Source: Methyloglobulus sp. (GTDB lineage: Bacteria; Pseudomonadota; Gammaproteobacteria; Methylococcales; Methylomonadaceae). Taken from it: a stretch of 42,769 nucleotides of DNA. How positions within the stretch are numbered: position 1 is the first letter of the stretch; every line of letters begins with the position of its first letter. A program made the position numbers and the translations under genes. The stretch covers positions 1 through 42,769 of the forward strand of contig JAYVGW010000041.1 in NCBI GenBank assembly GCA_043771735.1, written 5' to 3'. The notes beneath the pieces were generated by a model that made no database searches, was not told the origin of the DNA, and was given only the letters and a program-made list of their open reading frames with translations. Positions 27,397-36,661 of the stretch are shown one piece after another.

Positions 27397-27668
27397 TATT
27401 ATGCCTCATCGTGTTGTTATAGTGGTTTTGTGTGTACGCTATACACATTAACTGATTTCGGTCAATTGTCAAACAGGTGGCCCATCAGTACCTACCAATC
27501 CCTGTAATTCAGGCCGTTGGGAATAAGCTGCAATAATGTTTCTAAAACTCAACATGCCAGGTCATGCCGATAGTTACTGTCGGGTGCAAAGCAGGGTTGA
27601 GTAGCGGCGTATCTATGGGAGGGAATGCGGAGCAAGTGAGTTTTTAGGGGTTACAAACCCTAAATAAT

Positions 27669-27698
27669 AAAAAACCCAGCACTTGGGCCGGGTTTTTA
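27669..27698. terminator. bidirectional intrinsic terminator after paralog 1
   Basis: aaaaaacccagcacttgggccgggttttt; nearly the same as 28817-28848. Confidence 0.8.
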
Positions 27699-27805
27699 CT
27701 TTTTTAAAAAAGGCCTGACGTATACGTGTTACATACACAGCTTTTTTTAAGCACTAAAGTCAGTCGCCTACAGTAGAGCCACCTTAGAATGGTGACTCAC
27801 AATGG

Positions 27806-28210
27806 CTACTCAGTACCAAATATTGTTTCGCGTCCACCGCCTGCTGTAGTGCCGCCGAATGTGGGTGCTACGTCGGGTTTTTTCATTTCCACTTTAGCTT
27901 CATCAACCAACGATGTCGCTAACATAAAATCCCCAGCTTTTGCAGCCTTCTTCGCTTGTTTTATTTTAGTGCTGATACGCTGCAGGCGTGGAGAATTACC
28001 TTTGTTACCCTGATCTTTTGCAACATCAGATGCCTCAGACGCAGCAGTGGCAAAAGCCGCCGCATCATTGGCTTTTGCCGCTTCTAACATCTTATCCGAA
28101 ATACCTATAAGAGCCGTGTAATCTTCATGGAGAGGGGAGCCTGCCGCTTGTGCCACACCCAGTGAAACCAGAGACAGCATCATAGCTGCCAATATGTGTC
28201 TAAAATTCAT
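27806..28210 (-). CDS. small secreted alpha-helical protein, paralog 1 (probable four-helix bundle)
   Basis: Signal peptide AQA-A; GAGGA RBS; strongly similar to 28917-29297. Confidence 0.88.
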   Translation of the reverse strand: MNFRHILAAMMLSLVSLGVAQAAGSPLHEDYTALIGISDKMLEAAKANDAAAFATAASEASDVAKDQGNKGNSPRLQRISTKIKQAKKAAKAGDFMLATSLVDEAKVEMKKPDVAPTFGGTTAGGGRETIFGTE

Positions 28211-28422
28211 TAATTTTCCTCATGTACCTATTTGCCGAATAGCAAATACAAAAAAAGCAGATGAATGGTTCAAGGTTAATCAAAAACATTCCTGCATCAT
28301 CATTATCAAAACAAAAAAGCTTTGTGTCCCTAAGGCAATACCAAAATCTTAGGCGAACATAGATTAACCTTTTTTCAACTAATAGTCCATTATTTAGCTA
28401 TCACAAGAAAGCATAAGCCAGT

Positions 28423-28436
28423 TTGATTTAAATCAA
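28423..28436. promoter_or_regulatory. FNR/ANR/DNR box upstream of paralog 1
   Basis: TTGAT-ttaa-ATCAA perfect consensus, 213 bp upstream of the start. Confidence 0.75.
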
Positions 28437-28720
28437 AACTATTAGAAATTTTGACTAAAAATGGGCAAGTACAAGTGGCGGGCATACTCCACAAAGATAA
28501 CCTGTTGTATACATTAAAACAATAAATGTCGGTAAGCGTTGCCTTAAAGGCGGCAGCCCTTGCTATTGCTGATGTGTTCTACTTGCGTAAGACGATATTT
28601 AAGCCAATAGGGGGCTAGAAAACCCGGGACGAATTGGAGGAAGATTATACGGAAGGAAAGCAACCACCTGCCAGGGAAGGCCAATGACCGGTATTCAAAA
28701 AAAGGAGAAGTAGGGCAGTT

Positions 28721-28810
28721 ATACCAATCCCAATAAGTTCTCATTGTTACCTTCTCCAAAGGGAGAAGGCTAGGATGGGGATACATATAACAACTTTTTG
28801 GGATTGGTAT
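28721..28810. mobile_element. short MITE-like element with ataccaatcccaa TIRs around a ccttctcc/ggagaagg hairpin
   Basis: 13-bp perfect inverted repeat ataccaatcccaa / ttgggattggtat, extended by aagtt/aactt. Confidence 0.75.
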
Positions 28811-28816
28811 TATTAT

Positions 28817-28848
28817 AAAAAAAACCCAGCACTTAGTCTGGGTTTTTT
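28817..28848. terminator. bidirectional intrinsic terminator after paralog 2
   Basis: aaaaaaaacccag-cacttagt-ctgggtttttt. Confidence 0.85.
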
Positions 28849-28916
28849 ACTTCGTAACAATAAATGTATGGTTAAGTGGCTTCCGGCCACTCGATTCAAC
28901 CAAAAGCGCCTATCGT

Positions 28917-29297
28917 CTATTCACCACCGGGAGTAGTGCCTCCCCATTGGGGTGGGGCGTTGGTTTTTTTCATTTCCACCATAGCTTCTTCAGTTAGCGT
29001 ATTAGCTAAAAGAAAATCTCCTGCCTTTACCGCCTTCTTGGCCAGTTTGATTTTTTGGCTGATCCGTTGCAAGCGGGGAGAATTCCCCTTGTTACCTTGG
29101 TCTTTTGCCACGTCAGACGCTTCAGTAGCGGCAGCCGTAAAAGCGGCTGCGTCAGAGGCTTTACCGGCCGCCAACATCTTTTCGCCAAGTGCTATTAGGG
29201 CAGTGTAGTCTTCATTGATAGGCGAACCGGCCGCATAGACCACGCCCGATGAACACAAAGACAACAACAAGACCACCAAGATATTTTTAAAATTCAT
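28917..29297 (-). CDS. small secreted alpha-helical protein, paralog 2
   Basis: Signal peptide VYA-A; shares EDYTALI, EASDVAKDQGNKGNSPRLQRIS, KAGDF, GGTT with paralog 1. Confidence 0.88.
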   Translation of the reverse strand: MNFKNILVVLLLSLCSSGVVYAAGSPINEDYTALIALGEKMLAAGKASDAAAFTAAATEASDVAKDQGNKGNSPRLQRISQKIKLAKKAVKAGDFLLANTLTEEAMVEMKKTNAPPQWGGTTPGGE

Positions 29298-29471
29298 TCA
29301 TTTTCCTCGACTATATTTGCTATTCGGCAAGCATCACAAACAGGTTGCGAGTTTCAGGTTCAAAAAACGCATTGTTATCGACCACTCACCCTAAAAGCGC
29401 CATCTACCCGAAAGGGTCAAAAAACGCTCATTATGTAGAATATCCCTATTTGCTAACGCTCCTGTAGGGTG

Positions 29472-29513
29472 AATATAGCGCATTTGGATCAAAGGCAGTT
29501 TGATCCAAATCAA
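29472..29513 (-). promoter_or_regulatory. class II FNR-type promoter upstream of paralog 2
   Basis: TTGAT-ccaa-ATCAA at 29500-29513; TATATT -10 at 29477-29472 gives -41.5 spacing. Confidence 0.78.
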
Positions 29514-29529
29514 GAACCACAAATAAAAA

Positions 29530-30768
29530 TCAAGAATTTAAAACTGCTGCATCAATTTGCCTGACAACACCACTGGATGCAAGCTCCAGCCCTTGCTTGT
29601 AACACTTGTTAGACTTATGTTCCTCGCCTTGGGCAGTGAATAAGTCACCCAATAAGCGGTACGCCTGTACGTTGGGGTCAACGGCAATGCTTTTCGTGAG
29701 GTAATTTTCGGCTTTCGCGTAATCCTGGCAGATAAAACTTAACTTGCCGAGAATAGTCAGCAGCACACCGTCACCCTTATGGTGAGGAAGCCAAGTCTCG
29801 GCAATTTCTAACTGTTTGAAAGCATCTTTCGAATGTAGGCTACCGAATAAGAGCAGTAGCGTTTCATCCCAATTGATGGTCAAGGTATCGACCAGTTCAT
29901 TTTCTATCTCAGCCCCTAAGCCAGCGTTTATCATGGCAGCGAAATAAACGGCGGCGACATCAGGGTTCTTTTTTATATGCACAGGGATTTCAGTCCACAA
30001 CAACCTCATTTCATCAATGCTGCCCTTTTTAATGGTTTGCTTCAACAAGCCGCCAAAAGCGTCAATTTCAAGCTTTTTTATTTCCGTCTCCATCAGCACC
30101 TTATTTTTGTTTAAGGTGGGCAGCAATTTACGCAGGCCTTGCCAGTCACCTAAATGCTGGTAGGTTTGGTGCAAAAGCTTGAGGACACTGGCATGGGTAG
30201 CGTCGATTGAATGCAGTTTGGTCAGTGTTTCCAAGGCTTGTTCAAACTGATTTGCCGAAAAATGCAATTCTGCTTGGGTCAGCCCGATTGCCACGCCAGA
30301 ATCCGGGGCTTGGGCGGCCGCTTTCTTGAGATATTCATCCCGTTTGTCGTAAGCGCCACGCGATTGTGCAGCCTTAGCGGCGGTCAGATAATGGATTAAA
30401 GGCGCGCCGCTATGCGATGCGTGTTTAATCAGGACTTTTTCGGCCTGCTCCCAATTGCCTTCAGCCGACCCTACCAAGCCAGCGATTAACGCTTCTTGCG
30501 AACGGTTAAATTTGATGCTCCGGCTGCGATTTTTTACTTGCCATGGCAGCCTAAACAGCCATCCCAAAACCCTGAAAAACAAGTAGAGCACATAAAAAGT
30601 GACGATCAGGCCCACCAAAAAAGCGATAAGCGACGTTTCCATTTGCCAAGTACCAATTCCGATCAGGACATAACCGGGGTTTTCAAACGTCCCCAGCCAT
30701 TTACTGACAAGAAACACCGTCGCTAAGGTAATGAGCAGTGAGCCAAACAAAAAAAGCCAGTTTTTCAT
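29530..30768 (-). CDS. hemY: heme biosynthesis-associated TPR protein HemY
   Basis: PGYVLI...METSL, EGNWEQAEK, TPR-like helices; follows hemX. Confidence 0.92.
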   Translation of the reverse strand: MKNWLFLFGSLLITLATVFLVSKWLGTFENPGYVLIGIGTWQMETSLIAFLVGLIVTFYVLYLFFRVLGWLFRLPWQVKNRSRSIKFNRSQEALIAGLVGSAEGNWEQAEKVLIKHASHSGAPLIHYLTAAKAAQSRGAYDKRDEYLKKAAAQAPDSGVAIGLTQAELHFSANQFEQALETLTKLHSIDATHASVLKLLHQTYQHLGDWQGLRKLLPTLNKNKVLMETEIKKLEIDAFGGLLKQTIKKGSIDEMRLLWTEIPVHIKKNPDVAAVYFAAMINAGLGAEIENELVDTLTINWDETLLLLFGSLHSKDAFKQLEIAETWLPHHKGDGVLLTILGKLSFICQDYAKAENYLTKSIAVDPNVQAYRLLGDLFTAQGEEHKSNKCYKQGLELASSGVVRQIDAAVLNS

Positions 30769-30775
30769 TATTTGC

Positions 30776-32053
30776 TCACTTTTTCCGCTTAGGCTGGACA
30801 GCCTGGGTTGGCGGGTTTTTATCAACAGGGGTAGTTGATTCAGTTGGTTTTATGTCCGGTGCGGCAGTATCAGATGGAATTTTGGTGTTACCTTCTTGGC
30901 TCGGGGGTGTCCCTTCATCAGTTGTTTGCATGCCTTTATCCGTTTCGATTCTCAGCTTAGTCACGTCACGGAGCATTTTTAACGACAAGCTGATATCAGG
31001 GTACTGGCTGCGTAGCTTAATGGACTGTAATTTCGACAACTGACTGGTGAACCGGATGGCATCCTCATTTTTAGTAAAATGTTCGTCAATCGAGGTTTTT
31101 ATGTCCGACAAGCTGGTTTGGTACAAGCCATCATTTTGCTGGACCAGGGCTATTTTCACGACTTCCAACCTGACTTTAAGTTGTTCGCGGATGAAGTCAG
31201 CCTGTTCCTGGGTAAGGATTTCCTTAACCGGTTTATCAGAGCGTTTGATGGTGACTATGCCTTCCAACCCCTGGATTGCTCTATTGAGCAAGTCATTTGA
31301 ATCCTCGGTAACTGCACTGGGATCAGCGGCCTTTCCTGGTTCCGTTAGTGGTTTGCCGGAATAAGGCAGCAGTAAAGTTAGTTTGGCAACATCGCTTTCC
31401 AAGCTCTGTATAGAACCGTATAGACCGACCACATCCGGCACTTTAACCCCTTGAAGCAAGGAGATTTCGTTAGCTATCTGTTCACGTATTTTGATAGTGC
31501 CGGTATCGCCGCTTTCCCGCAAGCGCTGGTCAGCCGACTCAAGGGCTTCGCGTGAGGTATTGACATCACCGACTAAATGCAGCCTTTCGTTGGCGACGCT
31601 AAGTAAATACTCCGCATCGGCAATTAGCCAGTCCCCCCTGGTTTTACCCAGTTGCCGCTGCACTTGGAGGACCTTATCACTTAATTCCTTCCGCGTGGCT
31701 TCCATTTTTTGGCTATGCAGGTCGGAAAAATCGGCAAGAGTCTTGTTAAAGTGGCCCTCTTTTCCGGCAATTTCGGATTGAAGGGCTGCCACTTGAGATT
31801 GTATGGCGGTCAGCTGTTTTTGATAATCGTTGATTTGGCGGGTCAATTCGCTTTTGACTTCGCCGCCCAAGCCCTCTTGTTTATCGCGCAGTTGGGTAAA
31901 AAAATAAAACCCTGCGCCGGCAAGCCCTAGAACAAGGGATAAAATGATGATAACAAACAAAAGTCCGCTACTTGACCGAGGCGCTGGCCTCGGTTTGCCA
32001 TCATTTGGACCAATGACGGGTTCTTGTTCTGGTTGTTTACTCAATTCTGCCAC
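30776..32053 (-). CDS. hemX: HemX family membrane-anchored protein
   Basis: N-terminal TM, DWLIADAEYLL...ADQRL; hemCDXY order. Confidence 0.92.
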   Translation of the reverse strand: MAELSKQPEQEPVIGPNDGKPRPAPRSSSGLLFVIIILSLVLGLAGAGFYFFTQLRDKQEGLGGEVKSELTRQINDYQKQLTAIQSQVAALQSEIAGKEGHFNKTLADFSDLHSQKMEATRKELSDKVLQVQRQLGKTRGDWLIADAEYLLSVANERLHLVGDVNTSREALESADQRLRESGDTGTIKIREQIANEISLLQGVKVPDVVGLYGSIQSLESDVAKLTLLLPYSGKPLTEPGKAADPSAVTEDSNDLLNRAIQGLEGIVTIKRSDKPVKEILTQEQADFIREQLKVRLEVVKIALVQQNDGLYQTSLSDIKTSIDEHFTKNEDAIRFTSQLSKLQSIKLRSQYPDISLSLKMLRDVTKLRIETDKGMQTTDEGTPPSQEGNTKIPSDTAAPDIKPTESTTPVDKNPPTQAVQPKRKK

Positions 32054-32054
32054 T

Positions 32055-32867
32055 CTATTCCCCGTTTTTTACCGCACTGTTTATTAACGCACATACCGTG
32101 TCAAGAATTGCCTGGCCTGAAGGACTTTCAGCCACAGCTATTTGCGTAAATCCTATCTCGACAGCCAATCGCCTCATTCTATCGCTAATGACCACCAGTG
32201 GAATCATTGTCAGTTTGTTTTTATAATTTGAACCCAGCATGGTAAGCAAATTCTGCAAAGCCTCGCAGCTAGTGACAATAATTGCATCCAGCTTGCACTG
32301 TTCAATCAAATCAACCACTTCGGTAGTATCAATAGAAGGCATTATCCGCTGATAGACCTCCCAATAGCTGACGTTTACACCCCTACTACGAAGGACGTTC
32401 GCCAGCTCCTCACGTCCGCCTTGTCCACGAATGATTAAAATATCCTGGCCATCGACCTGCTGCATATCGGGCATGGCTAGCAATGCTTCGCTGTCAAAAC
32501 CCGCATTGGGTATCAAATCGACCTGCAAACCGGATAGTTGCAATTCCCTGGCGGTTGCCTGACCAATTGCCGCTATGCGCGTTGCCTTAAAGTCGGCTAT
32601 TTTGCCACCATTCGCTTTCAGCGCAAAATTTACTGCATTGGCGCTTATAAATATCAACCAACAGCAATTGGACAATTTGGATAAGGGATTGGTTGCGATG
32701 GCTGGATTATCGGGCGGATTATCCAGCGGGGTATCCATGCCAACAATTTCTAACGTTGGAAAGCGGATTGCAATACCGCCTTGTTGCTCGATGAGTCGGC
32801 ATAGATTTTCTGCCTGATGCGCCGGGCGCGTGACCAACACATGCGACCCTTTTAAGGCATTGTTCAC
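32055..32867 (-). CDS. hemD: uroporphyrinogen-III synthase
   Basis: [34 protein letters not shown]. Confidence 0.95.
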   Translation of the reverse strand: MNNALKGSHVLVTRPAHQAENLCRLIEQQGGIAIRFPTLEIVGMDTPLDNPPDNPAIATNPLSKLSNCCWLIFISANAVNFALKANGGKIADFKATRIAAIGQATARELQLSGLQVDLIPNAGFDSEALLAMPDMQQVDGQDILIIRGQGGREELANVLRSRGVNVSYWEVYQRIMPSIDTTEVVDLIEQCKLDAIIVTSCEALQNLLTMLGSNYKNKLTMIPLVVISDRMRRLAVEIGFTQIAVAESPSGQAILDTVCALINSAVKNGE

Positions 32868-33793
32868 AGATGCAGTGCCTGCAAGACTTTATCCGCGCCT
32901 TGTGACAACAAATCTTCGGCGATAGTTTTACCGATAATTTCAGCATGTTCCAGTTTGCCGCTGCTTTCGCTGCGATAAATCACGGACCCATCAGGACTGC
33001 CGACCAAGCCGCGCATGAATAGCATGTTATCCTGGATTTCGGCAAAACCCGCGATTGGCACTTGGCAGCCACCGCTTAAGCGTGCATTCATTGCCCTTTC
33101 TGCGGCAACGCAGATGCCGGTTTCGTGGTCATGCAGCTTGCTTAACATGCCGTTCAATTCCATATCATCGCTCCGGCACTCTATACCGATAGCGCCCTGC
33201 CCTATTGCTGGTAAGCTAACCTTTGTATCAAGACATTGGGCTATCCGTTCCGCTAACCCCAGCCGCTTCAACCCAGCGGAGGCCAAAATAATGGCATCGT
33301 ATTCACCCGCATCCAGTTTAGCCAATCGCGTATTGACGTTTCCCCGTAGCGTCAAAATTTCAGCATGGGGGTATAACGCCTTGATTTGGCATTGCCTACG
33401 CAAACTGGACGTGCCTATCCTGGCGTTGGGCGGCAAATCCGTCAATGAAGCATAATGGTTAGAAACAAAGGCATCGGTGGGGTCTTCCCTACTTAATATC
33501 GCCCCTAAGTGCAGACCTTCTGGGAATTCGACGGGGACATCCTTCATGGAGTGTACGGCAATATCTGCCGTCCCTTCCAACATGCCGACCTCAAGTTCTT
33601 TGACAAACAAGCCCTTGCCGCCGATTTTGGCCAGCGGCGCATCCAGGATTTTGTCGCCTTGGGTGGACATTTTGACCAGTTCGGTTTTTATACCAGGGAA
33701 AGTTGTTTCCAGTAATCTCGCTACGTGTTCGGCTTGCCATAAGGCGAGCGGGCTTTTGCGGGTGGCGATGCGGATGAGTATTTTTTTGTACAA
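32864..33793 (-). CDS. hemC: hydroxymethylbilane synthase
   Basis: [38 protein letters not shown]. Confidence 0.98.
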   Translation of the reverse strand: MYKKILIRIATRKSPLALWQAEHVARLLETTFPGIKTELVKMSTQGDKILDAPLAKIGGKGLFVKELEVGMLEGTADIAVHSMKDVPVEFPEGLHLGAILSREDPTDAFVSNHYASLTDLPPNARIGTSSLRRQCQIKALYPHAEILTLRGNVNTRLAKLDAGEYDAIILASAGLKRLGLAERIAQCLDTKVSLPAIGQGAIGIECRSDDMELNGMLSKLHDHETGICVAAERAMNARLSGGCQVPIAGFAEIQDNMLFMRGLVGSPDGSVIYRSESSGKLEHAEIIGKTIAEDLLSQGADKVLQALHL

Positions 33794-33857
33794 CTTATTG
33801 TCCTTTTTTCTGTTATTTAAGCGCTCTAATAATCAATATCATATTGATAATATTAAA

Positions 33858-34928
33858 TTATCGTATTATTCCGAATAGAATATTAAAAATAACATCAAAA
33901 AAACATATTGTATCAAAAAGTGATGCTTCTGATTCCGGTGTCGCCAAAGGCTTAGTTGCTTTCGTAAGACGATCATTAACCCCCTGCCACTCCTCAGTTT
34001 GCGGCGGTTGTTCCACTAAGATTAAATCCAAACCGGCATGATCGAGATCGCGTAGCTTACTATAAAGCAACTGGCCGTAATTATTTACGTAAGCAGGCAT
34101 TACAATAACTTGCTCGAACAAATCCAAATCGATTGCCCTGGCATAAGTCAAAATGCCCGTCTTATGCTGATGCTGAAACGCATCGCCCCTCAGAACTATC
34201 TCAACTTGTCTTGGACTGCATAACAAAGTCTCTGTAATCGGTGCATAATGAACCTCCATCATTCCTGGTGCGCGAATTTGTTCGTTATTTTCAGGTAATT
34301 CCAGCTTCATTTGCAGCAACTCTTCAATTTCACTCTTACTGATTTGCCCTGGACGTAACAATCTGGGTTGCGCCCCACTTAAATCAACAATCGTTGATTC
34401 CAACCCGACTTCGCAAGCACCGCCGTCCAAGATCATATCGACCTTATCGCCGAGTTCTTCTGCAACATGGCTGGCTTGGGTAGGGCTAATACGGCAATAA
34501 CGGTTAGCAGACGGCGCGGCAATGCCGCCGCCAAATGCCTGTAATACGCTTAAAGCTACCGGATGATTAGGGACTCGTAAGGCAACCGTATTTTGTCCGC
34601 CCGTGACTTCCATCGGCACGTCAGGATGTTTTTTTAACACGATGGTCAACGGCCCAGGCCAAAAGCGTTCCGCCAGTTTCCACGCGCTTTCAGGGATTTC
34701 AATTGCCCAATCTTCAAGCGCAGTCTTATCGGGGATATGGACAATCAAAGGATGATCGGCTGGACGACCTTTGGCGGAAAAAATCCGCTTTACAGCTTCT
34801 GGGTTTTTGGCATCCGCGCCTAAGCCGTAGACGGTTTCGGTGGGAATGGCGACCAGCTTGCCTTGGCGCAATAATTTGGCGGCACGTTGAATTGAATCTT
34901 GGCTGGCGGGTTGTAAGTTAGATTTCAT
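33858..34928 (-). CDS. sua5: L-threonylcarbamoyladenylate synthase (Sua5 type)
   Basis: PTETVYGLGA, KGRP, APSAN, APGMMEVHYAP, C-terminal SUA5 domain. Confidence 0.93.
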   Translation of the reverse strand: MKSNLQPASQDSIQRAAKLLRQGKLVAIPTETVYGLGADAKNPEAVKRIFSAKGRPADHPLIVHIPDKTALEDWAIEIPESAWKLAERFWPGPLTIVLKKHPDVPMEVTGGQNTVALRVPNHPVALSVLQAFGGGIAAPSANRYCRISPTQASHVAEELGDKVDMILDGGACEVGLESTIVDLSGAQPRLLRPGQISKSEIEELLQMKLELPENNEQIRAPGMMEVHYAPITETLLCSPRQVEIVLRGDAFQHQHKTGILTYARAIDLDLFEQVIVMPAYVNNYGQLLYSKLRDLDHAGLDLILVEQPPQTEEWQGVNDRLTKATKPLATPESEASLFDTICFFDVIFNILFGIIR

Positions 34929-34989
34929 TTTATTAACAATCGGTAAGTTGCATTCCGTAGATACCGCCTTAAACGTCAACAGGTAGCTC

Positions 34990-35058
34990 ATAGGATGTGC
35001 CGAGGAACAAGGCGCATCATTCGCGATTGATGCGTTTCACTTCGTTCCGCACGTCCAC
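34990..35058. repeat. degenerate GTAG-type REP pair
   Basis: taggatgtgc...gcgcatca ttcgcgat tgatgcgt...gcacgtcc inverted structure. Confidence 0.55.
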
Positions 35059-35061
35059 ATT

Positions 35062-36276
35062 TTAAGTCCTATACTCCGCATTAATCTTCACATAATCGTA
35101 AGAGAAATCGCAGGTTAGCACTTCTTGAACCGCTTGCCCCCGTCCCAGTTTGACGGTGATGGTAATTTCTTCTTGCTTCATTACCCTCTGTCCGGCGGCT
35201 TCTGTGTAATCCTCGGCACAGCCGCCATTTTTGACGATGCAGACATCATCCAGAAAGAGTTGCACGTCTTCCAGCACCATATTTTCGACCCCGGCACGGC
35301 CTACCGCTGCCAGTATCCGTCCCCAATTAGGATCGCTGGCAAAAAAAGCGGTTTTGACTAAGGGTGAATGGGCGATAGTTTTACCGACGCGAACGGCTTC
35401 TCCATCTGTAAGCGCTTGTTCGACGACTATCCGCATTAACTTGGTCGCGCCTTCGCCGTCCCGTATTATTAATTCCGCCAATCGCTTACAAACCACCATG
35501 ATGGCATCGGCAAAAACAGGATAATGCGGACTATTAGCAGTAATTTCCGGCGCGGATGAACAACCGCTTGCCATTAACACACAGGCATCGTTGGTGGAGG
35601 TATCGCCATCGACGGTAATCCGGTTGAAGGATTGCTCAACAGCCACCGCTAAACAACTTTGCAATAATGGCTGGGCGATGTTGGCATCGGTGGCGATAAA
35701 CGCCAGCATCGTCGCCATGTCCGGCTGGATCATCCCCGCGCCTTTGGCTATGCCATTGATGGTAATAGCATGACCGTCCAGTGTTATCGTTTTAGTTACG
35801 CCTTTGGGAAAGGTGTCGGTGGTCATGATGGCGCGGGCGGCTTTGTTCCAGTCGCCAGCACTTAGCTGGTCAAAAGCTTTGGGCAAAGCGGCGGTAATCT
35901 TAGCAACAGGCAATGGTTGGCCGATTACGCCGGTAGAAAACGGCAACACCTGATTGGCCTGACCCCCGACCACCTTGGCAACTTCGGCGCAGGATGTGAG
36001 CGCATCCGCCATGCCCTGCTTGCCCGTCCCCGCATTCGCATTGCCGGAATTTATCAGCAACCATCTTGGATTATTTTCCAGATTAGCTTTGGCGACATGC
36101 ACGGGCGCAGCGCAAAAGGCGTTGCGGGTGAACACGGCGGCGCAAGTAGCGCCTTCTGCCAAAGCGATCAGCAACAAATCATCCCTGGCGGTTTGTTTGA
36201 TGCCCGCATTGGTCGTGCCTAGTTTAATGCCTGGGATTTCCGGCATGTTGGGAAAGATGTTTTGTCCGACTGGCAT
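35062..36276 (-). CDS. argJ: bifunctional glutamate N-acetyltransferase
   Basis: NSGNANA, KGAGMIQPDMATML, DGDTSTND, DGEGATK, INAEYRT. Confidence 0.97.
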   Translation of the reverse strand: MPVGQNIFPNMPEIPGIKLGTTNAGIKQTARDDLLLIALAEGATCAAVFTRNAFCAAPVHVAKANLENNPRWLLINSGNANAGTGKQGMADALTSCAEVAKVVGGQANQVLPFSTGVIGQPLPVAKITAALPKAFDQLSAGDWNKAARAIMTTDTFPKGVTKTITLDGHAITINGIAKGAGMIQPDMATMLAFIATDANIAQPLLQSCLAVAVEQSFNRITVDGDTSTNDACVLMASGCSSAPEITANSPHYPVFADAIMVVCKRLAELIIRDGEGATKLMRIVVEQALTDGEAVRVGKTIAHSPLVKTAFFASDPNWGRILAAVGRAGVENMVLEDVQLFLDDVCIVKNGGCAEDYTEAAGQRVMKQEEITITVKLGRGQAVQEVLTCDFSYDYVKINAEYRT

Positions 36277-36316
36277 GTAGTGTTTTCTCGTTGGAAAAAT
36301 GTAAGTGTACGTTTTG

Positions 36317-36408
36317 CTCCCTCTCCTTGCAGGAAAGGGTTGGGGTGAGGGGAAAAGGCTTTTCAATTTCCCCTCATCCTAGCCTTCTCCCTCAAGGGAG
36401 AAGGGACT
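36317..36408. repeat. MITE core without TIRs (double hairpin ccctctcc..ggggtgaggg / ccctcatcc..gggagaaggg)
   Basis: Same internal hairpins as 4423-4599 and 41694-41824. Confidence 0.8.
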
Positions 36409-36433
36409 AAACTGCTTAGCCTGAGGTCATTGA

Positions 36434-36661
36434 CTAACCTCCCACCTCCAAAACAATAACATACTCATGCTCACCTGAACTGCTTTCCAGCACCTTATGC
36501 CCATTAATACGACACCACACCGGAATATCCTGCATCACGCCGGGGTCGGTGCAGATGACTTCCAGTTGGTCGCCGGATTGTAGTTGTTTGACCTTATCCT
36601 GGGTGCGGATCACGGGCAAAGGGCATAGTAAACGCCGCGCATTTAGCACTTCGCGGTTCAT
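36434..36661 (-). CDS. TusA-family sulfur carrier
   Basis: LLCPLP motif, TDPG; ATGA overlap with the upstream gene. Confidence 0.9.
   Translation of the reverse strand: MNREVLNARRLLCPLPVIRTQDKVKQLQSGDQLEVICTDPGVMQDIPVWCRINGHKVLESSSGEHEYVIVLEVGG

Noticed and set aside
36277-36366. N-terminal extension of argJ
   Set aside because: Derives from the repeat at 36317-36408
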